Source: a bacterium (GTDB lineage: Bacteria > Elusimicrobiota > Elusimicrobia > UBA1565 > UBA9628). Taken from it: a DNA stretch of 51,101 nt. The stretch covers positions 1 through 51,101 of the forward strand of contig JAJZQS010000002.1 of assembly GCA_021806745.1 (NCBI GenBank). The letters are read 5' to 3'. Made by a program: the position numbers and the translations under genes. Below, piece after piece: positions 36,831-48,671 of the stretch (the stretch's first letter is position 1; each line of letters starts with the position of its first letter). The notes under the pieces are model-generated. The model ran no database searches. It saw only the letters and a list, made by a program, of their open reading frames with translations, and was not told the DNA's origin.

Positions 36831-37600
36831 ACGCCGCCGCCGCGTTCTTGGCCGGCGCGGCCGTCGCAAGCGCGGCCGCCGCCGCGGTCGCGCGGATTTC
36901 GCGTCGCCGCTGGGCGCAGGCCCGCGGACGACTGCTCGCCTTCGCGCTGCACGAACTCAACACGCCCGCCACCGCCGCGAATCTCGCGCTCGTCAACCTG
37001 ATCGACGGGCTCTTCGGGGACCTGACGCCCACGCAGGCCAAGTGGGTCGGCACGGCGCGCGACCAACTCGCGCGCATGAGCGCGGTGGCCGGGGAAATGC
37101 GCGACGCGGTGCATCTGGAGCTTCTGCAGAAGCTTGAGACGCACGCCGAACCCGCGTCCGCCGCGGAGCTCGTGGAAACCGCGCTGGCGTCCGTGCGCGG
37201 AGCCTTCGAGCACGCCGCGATCCCTCTCGACGCCGAAATCGAGCCGGGCCTGCCTCCGGTGCTCGCCGACGCGGACCGGACCGCGCGCACGCTCGCCGGC
37301 CTTCTCTACCACGCGCGCAAGTTCCGCGCCGCGGGCGCGGTGCGCCTGCGCGCGCGCCGCGAGGGGGAAAACGCGGCCTGCGAGATCGACTACGAAAGCG
37401 TCGCCGTCGCCCCGGCCGACGCCGAGGCCAGCCTGGAGCTGCTCTACCCCGCGCGCCCGCGGGGCGACCATCGGCTGTCCGCCTCCGGCGGCGGGCTGGG
37501 CCTGGCGCGCGAGGTGATGCGCCGCTGCGGCGGAGACGTCGACTACGCGGTCTCCGGCGGGCGCGCGCGGCTGACGCTTCTGCTGCCCTTCGCGCCGTGA
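36827..37600 (+). CDS. Small membrane-anchored histidine-kinase-like protein with a degenerate ATP-binding domain
   Basis: H-box FALHELNTP and G2 box GGGLGLA are present. The N-box reads LLYHARKF (Asn replaced by His). No DxGxG G1 box. ATGA overlap with the upstream gene. No response regulator nearby. Confidence 0.6.
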   Translation: MNAAAAFLAGAAVASAAAAAVARISRRRWAQARGRLLAFALHELNTPATAANLALVNLIDGLFGDLTPTQAKWVGTARDQLARMSAVAGEMRDAVHLELLQKLETHAEPASAAELVETALASVRGAFEHAAIPLDAEIEPGLPPVLADADRTARTLAGLLYHARKFRAAGAVRLRARREGENAACEIDYESVAVAPADAEASLELLYPARPRGDHRLSASGGGLGLAREVMRRCGGDVDYAVSGGRARLTLLLPFAP

Positions 37601-37619
37601 GCCGACCAGGCGCGCGAAT

Positions 37620-37628
37620 TGCTAGTCT
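37620..37628 (+). promoter_or_regulatory. Extended -10-like TGCTAGTCT 7 nt upstream of the ceramidase ATG
   Basis: Sequence reads atTGCTAGTCTagcggccATG. Confidence 0.4.
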
Positions 37629-37635
37629 AGCGGCC

Positions 37636-39066
37636 ATGAGATTTTCCGCCGCCGCGATCGTCGTGGCCGCCGCTTTGGTGCCCCCCTGCGCCGCCCTGGA
37701 GGCCGCCGCGGGCAAAGTCGACATCACCCCGGACCTCAAGAGCGAGAAGATCTGGCTTGGAGGCTTCGGCGCCGTCGGCCGCCGCCCCGAGGGAGTGCAC
37801 GACCCGCTCTACGCTCGCCTGCTCGTCTTGCGCGAGGGCGGGCGCGAGGTCGCGATCGTCGCCGTCGATCTGCTCGGCTTCTACCGCAACGATGTCCAGG
37901 ATCTGCGCCGCCTCTCCGGCTTCGACACGCCCGAACGCGGGCTCTATCTGGCCTCGACGCACACCCACTCCGGGCCGGACACGCTGGGGCTATGGGGACC
38001 GATGATCGGGGTGTCCGGCGTCAATCTCGCCTACCACGCGCGCCTGAAAGCCAAGATCGCCGACGCGCTCAAGCTCCTGGAAGGCCAGCTCCATCCGGTG
38101 CGCGCGCTCGGGGGCCACGGACTCCTCGACCCGCGCGGACTCTGCCGCGACTCGCGCGACCCGCAGATCATCGACCCGAACCTGAGCGTGCTGCGCCTAG
38201 TCGGCGGCGACGGCAAGGCCGTGGCCACGGTGGTCAACTGGTCCTGCCACGCGGAAGTGATCGGCCGCGACAACCGGCTGGTCACCGCGGACTTTCCGGG
38301 ACCGCTGTGCTCGCGCGTGGAGGAAAAAACCGGCGGCGCGTGCGTTTTTCTCAACGGGATGATCGGCGGGCTGATGACGCCGGATTCGCGCGCGGAAAAC
38401 TTCTACGAGGCCGAGCGCATCGGCCGCGCGGTGGCCGACGCGGCGCTGGCTCTCAAGACTTCCGCCTCGCCCTCGCGCGCCCTGCGCCTGCGCGACGAGG
38501 AGATATTGCTGCCCATCGAGAACTCCCGCTACCGCCTGCTGCTGCCCGCGCTGATCTTCGGCCATCGCCTGCGCGACGCCGAGGGGAACCTTCTGCCGCG
38601 CTGGAAGGCATGGACGCTGGCCCTGCGCGAGGCCATCCTCGGGCTTGACGAACGCACCGAGCCCTGGGTGCGCAGCGAGGTGGCCCTGCTCGACGCGGGA
38701 CCCGCGCGCCTGCTCGGAATTCCCGGGGAGGCGTTCCCGGAACTGGCCATCGGCGGCTACGACGGCCGCTACTCGTTCGGCCGTCCGATCATCACCCCCG
38801 GCAATCCCAATCCGCCGGACCTGTCCAAGGCCCCGAAGGGCCCCTACTGGCGCGACCTGGTGCGCGCGCCCGCTCCCATGCTCACCGGCCTGACCGGAGA
38901 CGAGATCGGCTACATCGCTCCGACCTACGACTTCAAGGTCAGCCCGCACAAGATCATGCTGCCGCGGCTTGCCGGAAATCACTACGAGGAGACCAACTCG
39001 ATCGGCCCGTCGGCGACGGCCATCGTGAACGCGGCGGTCGTGCGTCTCATCGAGGAGAAAAAATGA
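37636..39066 (+). CDS. Neutral/alkaline ceramidase family hydrolase, secreted
   Basis: Motifs AAGKVDITPD...GVHDPLYARLLVL...VAVDLLG...LASTHTHSGPDT. Signal MRFSAAAIVVAAALVPPCAALEA. Alternative GTG start at 37597 overlaps the kinase stop (GTGA). Confidence 0.75.
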   Translation: MRFSAAAIVVAAALVPPCAALEAAAGKVDITPDLKSEKIWLGGFGAVGRRPEGVHDPLYARLLVLREGGREVAIVAVDLLGFYRNDVQDLRRLSGFDTPERGLYLASTHTHSGPDTLGLWGPMIGVSGVNLAYHARLKAKIADALKLLEGQLHPVRALGGHGLLDPRGLCRDSRDPQIIDPNLSVLRLVGGDGKAVATVVNWSCHAEVIGRDNRLVTADFPGPLCSRVEEKTGGACVFLNGMIGGLMTPDSRAENFYEAERIGRAVADAALALKTSASPSRALRLRDEEILLPIENSRYRLLLPALIFGHRLRDAEGNLLPRWKAWTLALREAILGLDERTEPWVRSEVALLDAGPARLLGIPGEAFPELAIGGYDGRYSFGRPIITPGNPNPPDLSKAPKGPYWRDLVRAPAPMLTGLTGDEIGYIAPTYDFKVSPHKIMLPRLAGNHYEETNSIGPSATAIVNAAVVRLIEEKK

Positions 39067-40154
39067 CGCGCAAAATCAACTTCAACGCCGGACCCGCCGG
39101 CCTGCCGCTTCCGGTGCTGGAGGAGGCGCGCGAGCAGTTCGTCGACTTCCGCGGCACGGGAATGGCGCTCGTCGAACACAGCCACCGCGGCAAGGCCTAC
39201 GAGGCCGTGCATCAGGAGGCGCTGGCGCTGTTCGCGCAGTTGGCCGAACTTCCGCCCACGCATTCGACGATTCTGCTCCAAGGCGGCGCCAGCCTTCAGT
39301 TCGCGATGCTGCCCATGAATTTCCTGTCCGCGGGACGCTCGGCGGACTACCTGGTCACCGGGCACTGGGCCAAGACCGCGTTTTCCGAAGCCGGCAAGGT
39401 CGCCACCGCGCGCAAGGCCGCCGACACGATGAACGCCGACAAGACCTTCACGCGCCTGCCCGCGGCCGAGGAAATCCAGGCCGACCCGAAGGCGGCCTAT
39501 CTGCACCTGACCACCAACAACACGATTTTCGGCACGCAGTGGCACGCCGCGCCGGACGCGCGCGGCGTGCCGCTGGTCGCCGACATGAGCTCCGACATCT
39601 TGTCGCGCCCCGTGGACGCGGCGAAATACTCCCTGATCTACGCCGGCGCGCAGAAAAACCTCGGCCCCGCGGGCCTGACCGTGGTCGTCGTCAAGACCGA
39701 TTGGCTCAAGTCCGCGCGCGCCGACTTGCCCGACATCCTGCGCTACCAAAAGCACCTGGACGCGCAGTCCCTGTATCACACGCCGCCGGTTTTCGCGATC
39801 TACCTGTTCGGCCTCAACTTGAAATGGATCAAGTCGCAAGGCGGGGCGGCCGGCATGGCGGCGCGCAACAAGGCCAAGGCCGACGCGCTCTACGGCGCGC
39901 TCGACCGCCTCGCGGGCTTCTACCGCACGCCGGCGGAGAAATCCGCCCGTTCCCGAATGAATGTGGTCTTTCGCACGCCGTCGCCCGAGCTCGACGAAGC
40001 CTTCGCCGCAGAAGCCGCGAAGGCGGGCATGGAGGGACTCAAAGGCCACCGCTCCGCCGGCGGCCTGCGCGCCTCGCTCTACAACGCGGTGTCACTCGGA
40101 GACGTCGCGACCTTGGTTTCCTTCCTGGAAGACTTCGCGCGCCGCAAGGGATGA
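39063..40154 (+). CDS. serC: Phosphoserine aminotransferase
   Basis: 363 aa. N-terminus KINFNAGPAGLPLPVLEEA. Class V aminotransferase core with YAGAQKNLGPAGLTVVVV. Confidence 0.9.
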   Translation: MTRKINFNAGPAGLPLPVLEEAREQFVDFRGTGMALVEHSHRGKAYEAVHQEALALFAQLAELPPTHSTILLQGGASLQFAMLPMNFLSAGRSADYLVTGHWAKTAFSEAGKVATARKAADTMNADKTFTRLPAAEEIQADPKAAYLHLTTNNTIFGTQWHAAPDARGVPLVADMSSDILSRPVDAAKYSLIYAGAQKNLGPAGLTVVVVKTDWLKSARADLPDILRYQKHLDAQSLYHTPPVFAIYLFGLNLKWIKSQGGAAGMAARNKAKADALYGALDRLAGFYRTPAEKSARSRMNVVFRTPSPELDEAFAAEAAKAGMEGLKGHRSAGGLRASLYNAVSLGDVATLVSFLEDFARRKG

Positions 40155-41227
40155 ACGACCCGATCCGCCGCCTGGAGGCCGCACGCGCGGCGCTCGACGA
40201 CGGCCGCCCGGACCGCGCCGAGAGGTTGCTGGACGCCGCCTTCCCGGAGGTCTTCGCCGGCGAGGCCCTGGTCTTGAAGGGGGAGGCGCTGCGCGCGCGG
40301 GGTTTTTTCCGCCGCGCGCAGGCCGCCTACCGCGCCGCGCTCCAACGCCTTGGCTCGGAGGAGCGCGACCTGATCGCGGCCGCGCGACTGGGCCTGGCGC
40401 GCGCGGCCAGAAGCCTCGGCGAGACGGTCGACGCGCGAGTTCAGCTCAGGGCGGCGCGCCTGGTCGCCGCGCGCGGCGACGAGGAACTCTCGCGGACGCT
40501 GGCGCTGGAAAGCGCGCTGGTCCTGCGCGCCGAGGGAAAATATCCGGCCGCGCTGAAGGCGCTGGCGCCGATGCTGACGCGGGCAAGACGCCTGCGCGAT
40601 CACTCCGCCGTCGGCTTCCTGCTGTGGGCCACCGGCGGCGCGCGGCGATTCGCCGGCGACTTGTCGGGCTCGCACTCGGACTTCCGGCGATCGCTGGCGG
40701 CCTTCCGCCGGGCCGGCGACCGAGAGGGGGAAACCTACGCGCTTTTCGGCCTGGGCGGGATCGCCCGAGTGCGCGGCTTTTTCGACGAGGCTCTCAACGC
40801 CTACGCGCGCGCCGGCGCGCTCCTCGCTCGAAGCCCCGACCTGTTCGGCCGCGCCTACGCTCACTGCGGCCTGGCCAACGTCCTGCGCCAACTCGGACGC
40901 TGGAGCCAGGCCGAGCGGAACTATCGCCTCTCTTACGCGCTCTACGCGCGCCTCGACGATCGCGTGGACCTCGCCTACGTCGACTGGGGCTTGGGCCAAG
41001 TCCACCTCAAGCGCGGCGAACTCGCCGCCGCCGAGAAGCGCCTGCGCGCGGCCCTGTCGGCCTTCCGCGCGGGTTCGGAGGCGCGCGGCGAGGCGCTGTC
41101 CTTGCACTCGCTGGCGCAGGTCCTGCACGCGCGCGGCCGCACCGACGAGGCGGAGCGGACCTTCGACGCCGCCGTGCGCCGCGCGCGCGGCGCCGGCCTG
41201 CACGCGCACCTCGAAATCTACACCTAG
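40151..41227 (+). CDS. TPR-repeat protein
   Basis: 358 aa, Ala/Arg-rich repeats of ~34-40 aa (e.g. ETYALFGLGGIARVRGFFDEALNAYARA). ATGA overlap with serC. Confidence 0.6.
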   Translation: MNDPIRRLEAARAALDDGRPDRAERLLDAAFPEVFAGEALVLKGEALRARGFFRRAQAAYRAALQRLGSEERDLIAAARLGLARAARSLGETVDARVQLRAARLVAARGDEELSRTLALESALVLRAEGKYPAALKALAPMLTRARRLRDHSAVGFLLWATGGARRFAGDLSGSHSDFRRSLAAFRRAGDREGETYALFGLGGIARVRGFFDEALNAYARAGALLARSPDLFGRAYAHCGLANVLRQLGRWSQAERNYRLSYALYARLDDRVDLAYVDWGLGQVHLKRGELAAAEKRLRAALSAFRAGSEARGEALSLHSLAQVLHARGRTDEAERTFDAAVRRARGAGLHAHLEIYT

Positions 41228-41271
41228 CCGCCGTTCACATTTACGCAACGCGGCTTTCGTAGTTTGTCGCC

Positions 41272-41449
41272 ATGGGACAAACGATCTGGGACGTGCTCGC
41301 GTCATACGAGGGCTGCTGGGTGGCGGTCGACCGCGACGGGAATGTCGTCGCGCGCGCGGGCACGCTCGGGGAGGCGGCCGGCCTCGTCGAGGAACGCCGC
41401 CACCGCGTGACTTTTCTCTACGCGGCCGGGCCCGCCGAGAACGAGGCGG

Positions 41450-41460
<11 letters not shown>
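41272..41460 (+). CDS. Small hypothetical protein (62 aa), reminiscent of DUF5678-type proteins
   Basis: Core is YEGCWVAVDRDGNVVARAGTLGEA. TAGTTT lies 6 nt upstream of the ATG. The 3' end overlaps the lptB 3' end by 11 nt. Confidence 0.4.
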
Positions 41461-42165
<705 letters not shown>

Positions 42166-42169
<4 letters not shown>

Positions 42170-42870
42170 CGCGTCCCGTCCTTGAATGCGGCGGTGTCGG
42201 TGAACACGACCCAGCCCACGGCGCGTCCGGTCGCGACGAGGCGACGCGGATCGTCGTAGCCGACGATCACGTCGGCCTTGACCGCGCCGGGGTTGGCCCC
42301 TTCCAGGCGCCGCAGCACGGGGCGCCCGCCGGTCAGCGTCACCCGCGAGGGAGCCGAGTCGAAGCGCGCGCGGTCGGCCCAGAACTCGACGCGCGGTCCC
42401 CATGCGCGCGCGGCGCCGTCGAGCTCGGCGCTTTCGCGCCCGACCCAGGAGAATCTGCGTCCCTCGCCCAAATCCGGCGGCCCGCCCTGCGGGGGGGTGC
42501 GCGAGAAGCTCACCAGCCCTCCGGGCGCGGGGTCCAGGCGCCCGGCCTCGGTGGCCTGGTCGTAGCGCGCCGTCTCGCCGCGCGCCTCGACGGCGTCGCC
42601 GCCGGAGAGCACGCGGCGCAGCCAAACGTGCCCGCGCGCGCGCCAGTCCGCGGCCCAATGGCGGTACAGGGCCCAGTCAGCGCGCGCGTCGGCGCCTTCG
42701 GCGTGGTAGCGGACGTCGCCGACGAACTCCTCCTCGGGCTTCTTGCCGCGCCGCACGATCCAGCGGCGGCTGCGCACGACCGAACCGGCGACATCCGGGA
42801 TCGGCGAATCGGCGCGCGCCGCGGGCGCGCAGGCCAGGGCCAACAAGGCCGCGCAGACGACGCGCCTCAT
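42166..42870 (-). CDS. lptA: LptA / OstA-family periplasmic LPS transport protein
   Basis: Signal MRRVVCAALLALACAPAARA. Beta-rich OstA-like repeats. ATGA overlaps with lptC and lptB. Confidence 0.55.
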
Positions 42871-43376
42871 TCGTCCCGTCCCGACATCACCGCGTGCTGG
42901 TCGTCGAGCGTCATCTCCGATAGGTCCGGCTTGGCCGACAGGCCCCGCCCGCGAACCACGCCGTCCGGGCGGCGGATCGTCACCGCGCGATCGGTGGTCA
43001 ACAGCCCCGTCTTGGCCGTGTAGGTGAGAGTCTCGGTCGTCAGGTGCGACTTATCGGAAAAAGAGTCCACGACCACGTCGGTGGACAGCAGGACGTCGTG
43101 CGTGGCCGTGTCCACGGCGCCGCCGCGCGCGACGATGCGCGAGGACGGCTTGCCGTCCTGGTAGAACTCCATCGTCGGCGACTCCAAATCCGCGCGGTGC
43201 TCGTCTTCGTGGAGGAACGCGCGCCGCGCGCGCAAGGTCCAGGCGGGTTCGCCCTTCTCGGATTGGCTCAGAGACAAGTCCGTGAAGGTCTGCTGGCGCG
43301 TCGACGGCGGCGGCGCCGACGCGCGGCGGCACGCCGCGGCGGCGAGAGCGGCCATGGCGAGCGCTCGGCCTCTCAC
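42867..43376 (-). CDS. lptC: LptC-like LPS export protein
   Basis: Short anchored beta-jellyroll-like protein upstream of lptA-lptB. Start proposed at GTG 43376, overlapping the upstream stop (GTGA) and giving MRGRALAMAALAAAAC. Alternative ATG at 43355. Confidence 0.5.
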   Translation of the reverse strand: MRGRALAMAALAAAACRRASAPPPSTRQQTFTDLSLSQSEKGEPAWTLRARRAFLHEDEHRADLESPTMEFYQDGKPSSRIVARGGAVDTATHDVLLSTDVVVDSFSDKSHLTTETLTYTAKTGLLTTDRAVTIRRPDGVVRGRGLSAKPDLSEMTLDDQHAVMSGRDE

Positions 43377-43690
43377 CGCGAGGGCAAGGCGTCCGGACGG
43401 TAGGCCGGAGCCTTGAGCTCGTCTTCGGGGATGTAGGTCTTGCCGTCGGGCCTCAGCCACGGCGTCAGTTCGATGGGGATGTGGCGAAGCTGGTAGGGCT
43501 TGGGCAGGCGCGAGAGCGCCGCGTTGACGCCGAAGTAGAAGACGACCAGGCAGGCGTAGATGACGCCGAGCGTGCGCAGGTGCCAGGCCGCGTCGGGAAA
43601 CCACGCGGGCGGCGCGGAGAAGTCGTAATCGCACTTCTTGCAGAACTTGGCCGTGTCCTTGTTTTCCTGGCGGCAGGCCGGGCATTTCAT
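43373..43690 (-). CDS. Zinc-ribbon membrane protein (105 aa)
   Basis: [24 protein letters not shown] (CxxC...CxxC) followed by one TM helix (LGVIYACLVVFYFGVNAAL). ATGA overlap with kdsA. Confidence 0.6.
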   Translation of the reverse strand: MKCPACRQENKDTAKFCKKCDYDFSAPPAWFPDAAWHLRTLGVIYACLVVFYFGVNAALSRLPKPYQLRHIPIELTPWLRPDGKTYIPEDELKAPAYRPDALPSR

Positions 43691-44506
43691 CGGCGTATCT
43701 CCTTGGACAGCGCGTCAAAGTCCCTCACCTCGCGCAAAAACGACGGGACGTCGGCCAGCCTCAGCGAATTGGGGCCGTCGGAGAGCGCCTTGTCCGGGTC
43801 CGGGTGGGTCTCGAAGAAAATCCCGTCCACGCCGACGGCCGCCGCGGCCCGCGCGAGCGGGCGCACGAACTCGCGCTGGCCGCCGGTGGTCGCCCCGTTG
43901 CCGCCGGGGAGTTGGACGCAGTGCGTCGCGTCGTGCACGATCGGCACGCCGAAGCCGCGCATGATCTCGTAGGAGCGCATGTCGACGACGAGGTTGCCGT
44001 AGCCGAAGCTGGCGCCGCGCTCGGTCAGCAGCACGCGCTTGTTGCCGGCCGATTCGATTTTCTCGACGGCGTGGCGCATGTCCCAGGGCGAGAGGAACTG
44101 CCCTTTCTTGACGTTGACCGCCTTGCCGGTGCGCGCGCACGCCAGCAGCAAGTCGGTCTGGCGCGACAAAAACGCCGGGACCTGGAGCATGTCCACGTAG
44201 CGCGCGGCGATTTCCGCGTGCGCGGGCTCGTGCACGTCGGTCACGCAGGGCACCCCGAGCTCCGCGGCGACCTTGGCCAAGGTCGCCAAGCCCGCCTCCA
44301 TGCCCGGGCCGCGGAAAGACTTCACCGAGGTGCGGTTGGCCTTGTCGTAGGAAGACTTGAGCACGAAGCCGACCTTGAGCTGGGCGCAGGCATTCTTCAG
44401 CGCGCGGCCGACGCGGCGCAGCAACGCCTCGGACTCGATGACGCAGGGACCGCCAATGTAGGCGGCCGGCGCGCCGCCGCCGAAGACGACCGAGCCGACG
44501 CGGACT

Positions 44507-44520
<14 letters not shown>
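43687..44520 (-). CDS. kdsA: 3-deoxy-8-phosphooctulonate (Kdo-8-P) synthase
   Basis: 277 aa. Motifs GPCVIES and [14 protein letters not shown]. Confidence 0.9.
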
Positions 44521-46116
<1,596 letters not shown>

Positions 46117-46120
<4 letters not shown>

Positions 46121-46842
46121 GCGTTCCCCCGGAGCAGAAGTCGCGACGCGCGCGTCAAATCGGCGGGGACGTCGACGGAGACCGGACGCTCGTCGACGAC
46201 GGCCGCGCGCAGGGTCATGCCCGCCTCCAACGCCCGCAGTTGCTCGAGCTTTTCGGTATTCTCCAACCGCGACGGCGGCAGGGACACGAAGCGCCTGAGC
46301 GCCTCGCGCCGATAGACATAGATCCCCAGGTGCTCCCAAAGCGTCTGCGGGCCTTCGTCGCGCGCGTGAGGGACTTTCGCGCGGGAGAAATACAGGCAGC
46401 GGCCGTCCTCGGCGCGCACCGCCTTGACCACGTTGAAGTCGGCGGCGCGGCGCGCGTCCGTGAGCGGGATCACCGCCGTGGAGATGTCGGTGCGCGTCGT
46501 CAGCGCCTTGACCGCGGCGCGCAAGGTCGACGCCCGCAAAAAAGGCATGTCGCCCTGGTAGTTGACGATGACCTCCTCGCGCCGCCCGCGGGCCGCCAAC
46601 CACACGCGGTCGGAGCCCGACGGACACGACGGCGGAGTCATCACCGCCTCGCCGCCGAAGCGCCGGACCTCGTCGGCGACCTCGCGCGAGTCGACGGCCA
46701 CCAGCACCGGGCCCAGGCGCACGGCCTTCGCGGCGCGCCAGCACCACTCGACGAGCGTGCGCCCGGCGAGCCTGGCCAGCACCTTGCGGGGAAACCTCGT
46801 CGAGCCCAGGCGCGCGGGAATGACGGTCAGCGCCGAGCTCAC
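46117..46842 (-). CDS. kdsB: 3-deoxy-manno-octulosonate cytidylyltransferase (CMP-Kdo synthetase)
   Basis: The GTG start overlaps the upstream stop (GTGA). N-terminus [20 protein letters not shown] overlap with pyrG. Confidence 0.85.
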
Positions 46843-47831
46843 CGCAAGGCCTCGGAGAGCTCTCGCGGGTCGGTCGTGGCCGTGCCGAGTTTGCCCACCA
46901 CGATGCCGGCGGCCTGATTGGACAGACGCGCCGCCTGCGGCAGAGACGCGCCCGCGGCCAAAGCCAGCGTCAGCGTCGAGATCACCGTGTCGCCGGCGCC
47001 GGACACGTCGAAGACCTCGCGCGCGACCGTCGGGATGTGCGTGACGCGGCCGGAATCCTCGAACAGGCTCATGCCGTCGCTGCCGCGCGTGATCAGCGCC
47101 GAGCGGCTGCGCAAGGTCTTCAGGATGTCGCGGCCGAGCGCGACGATCGCGTCCTGACCGGGGCGAGGCTCGCGGCGCATGCAGGCCCAGGCCTCGGAGG
47201 TGTTGGGCGTGACGCAAGTGACGCCGCGGTACTTGCGGAAATGCTCGGGCTTGGGATCGACGGTCACCGGCACGCGGCGCCGTCGCGCGGCGGCAATGGC
47301 GACGGCAAGCAGGCGGGGAGAGATCACGCCCTTGCCGTAGTCGGAGAGAATCACCGCGTCGGCCTTGGGCAACTCCTCGGAGAGGCTGGCCAGAAGACGC
47401 GTCTCTGTCGCGTGCGACAGCGGCCCCGGGGTCTCGCGGTCGTAGCGCACCGCCTGCTGGCGCTCGGCCACGACGCGGCATTTCTGCGTGGTCTGGCGCT
47501 CCACGTCGACGCAGACGCCCTCGACTTCGGCGCCGCGCCCGCGGAACTGCTCGAGCAGCCGTCGTCCCGCCTCATCCTCGCCGACCACGCCCACCACCGA
47601 CACCGACGCGCCGAGCGCCGCCAGGTTGCCGACCACGTTTCCGGCGCCCCCCGGCACGAAGCTCTCGCCGGTCACGCGCACCACCGGCACCGGCGCCTCG
47701 GGGGAGATGCGGCTGACCGAGCCGCGGATGTACTGATCGAGCATCAAGTCGCCGACGACGAGAACGCGGCGCCCCTGAAAGCGGGCGACGATCTTAAGGA
47801 GTTCCTGGCGCTCGGCGCGCGTGGCGGACAT
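46839..47831 (-). CDS. hldA: D-glycero-beta-D-manno-heptose-7-phosphate kinase (RfaE domain I / HldA-type PfkB kinase)
   Basis: 330 aa. Motifs [29 protein letters not shown] and C-terminal GAGDTV. No adenylyltransferase domain is fused. Confidence 0.75.
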   Translation of the reverse strand: MSATRAERQELLKIVARFQGRRVLVVGDLMLDQYIRGSVSRISPEAPVPVVRVTGESFVPGGAGNVVGNLAALGASVSVVGVVGEDEAGRRLLEQFRGRGAEVEGVCVDVERQTTQKCRVVAERQQAVRYDRETPGPLSHATETRLLASLSEELPKADAVILSDYGKGVISPRLLAVAIAAARRRRVPVTVDPKPEHFRKYRGVTCVTPNTSEAWACMRREPRPGQDAIVALGRDILKTLRSRSALITRGSDGMSLFEDSGRVTHIPTVAREVFDVSGAGDTVISTLTLALAAGASLPQAARLSNQAAGIVVGKLGTATTDPRELSEALR

Positions 47832-47846
47832 TGTTACGGGAAGCGA

Positions 47847-48671
47847 TTATAACATTTCGCGCAGAACCGCCGTGATGTGGCCGAAAAACACCTCGACTTC
47901 CATGCGCAGCGGCCGGTGGACCGCGTCGTCCGACAGCCACAGACGCAGGCGCCGACCCTTCTGGACGAACAGTCCCTCGCGGCGCATCTCGGGCTGGACG
48001 ACGACCGCGGAGTAAGTCCCAACCGGGACCTTGACCTTCTCGCGCTTGAGCACCTTGACGGCCAGGGGCCAGTTGTCGGGCGTGTTCACGTCCACGACCA
48101 CCGCGCCGCCATCGGGAAGTTCGTGCGCGCGCACGAAGAAGATGCTCGAAAACACATCCTCGACTTGGGCCGGGACCGTGCCCGTCTTGACCCGAAAGGA
48201 GCCGTCCGGCGCGGTCTGGCGCTCGACGAAGCGGCCGGCGTCGCGGTCGTAGAGCACCCAGACGTCGCGGTGATAGCGGCCCTCGTTGAGCTTCTTCTCG
48301 TAGCCCAGCGAGGTCAAGGTGCGCGCGTCCAGCCACGCCTCGTTGCGGTCGCGCACCGGATAGAACGCGTCGCAAAAGGCGTTGGAGCGCGCCTCGCTGT
48401 GCAGATGATAGGCGGGGCGGCCGTTGAAATCGACGACCTTGTCGACGCCGAGCGTGGCCGTGCCCACCGCCAGCGGCCCCCAGCCCACCGAGTAGGTCAG
48501 CAGTTCCGGATAGCGCGGCAGGGGCTTGGCGTCGGCGGGAAGCGCGACTTCAGGACCGGCCAAGCTCCGCGGCGAGACGATCGAAGTCGAGATCGCGACG
48601 CGGCCCCAGCCCGCGGCCGCGGCCGGCGCGCCGGCCAAAGTCAGCGCCAGCGCGGCCGCCCGGACTCTCAC
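47847..48671 (-). CDS. DUF3108-family secreted protein
   Basis: Signal MRVRAAALALTLAGAPAAAAG. Sequence ELLTYSVGWGPLAVGTATL and a beta-rich body typical of DUF3108. ATGA overlap with lpxK. Confidence 0.6.
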   Translation of the reverse strand: MRVRAAALALTLAGAPAAAAGWGRVAISTSIVSPRSLAGPEVALPADAKPLPRYPELLTYSVGWGPLAVGTATLGVDKVVDFNGRPAYHLHSEARSNAFCDAFYPVRDRNEAWLDARTLTSLGYEKKLNEGRYHRDVWVLYDRDAGRFVERQTAPDGSFRVKTGTVPAQVEDVFSSIFFVRAHELPDGGAVVVDVNTPDNWPLAVKVLKREKVKVPVGTYSAVVVQPEMRREGLFVQKGRRLRLWLSDDAVHRPLRMEVEVFFGHITAVLREML

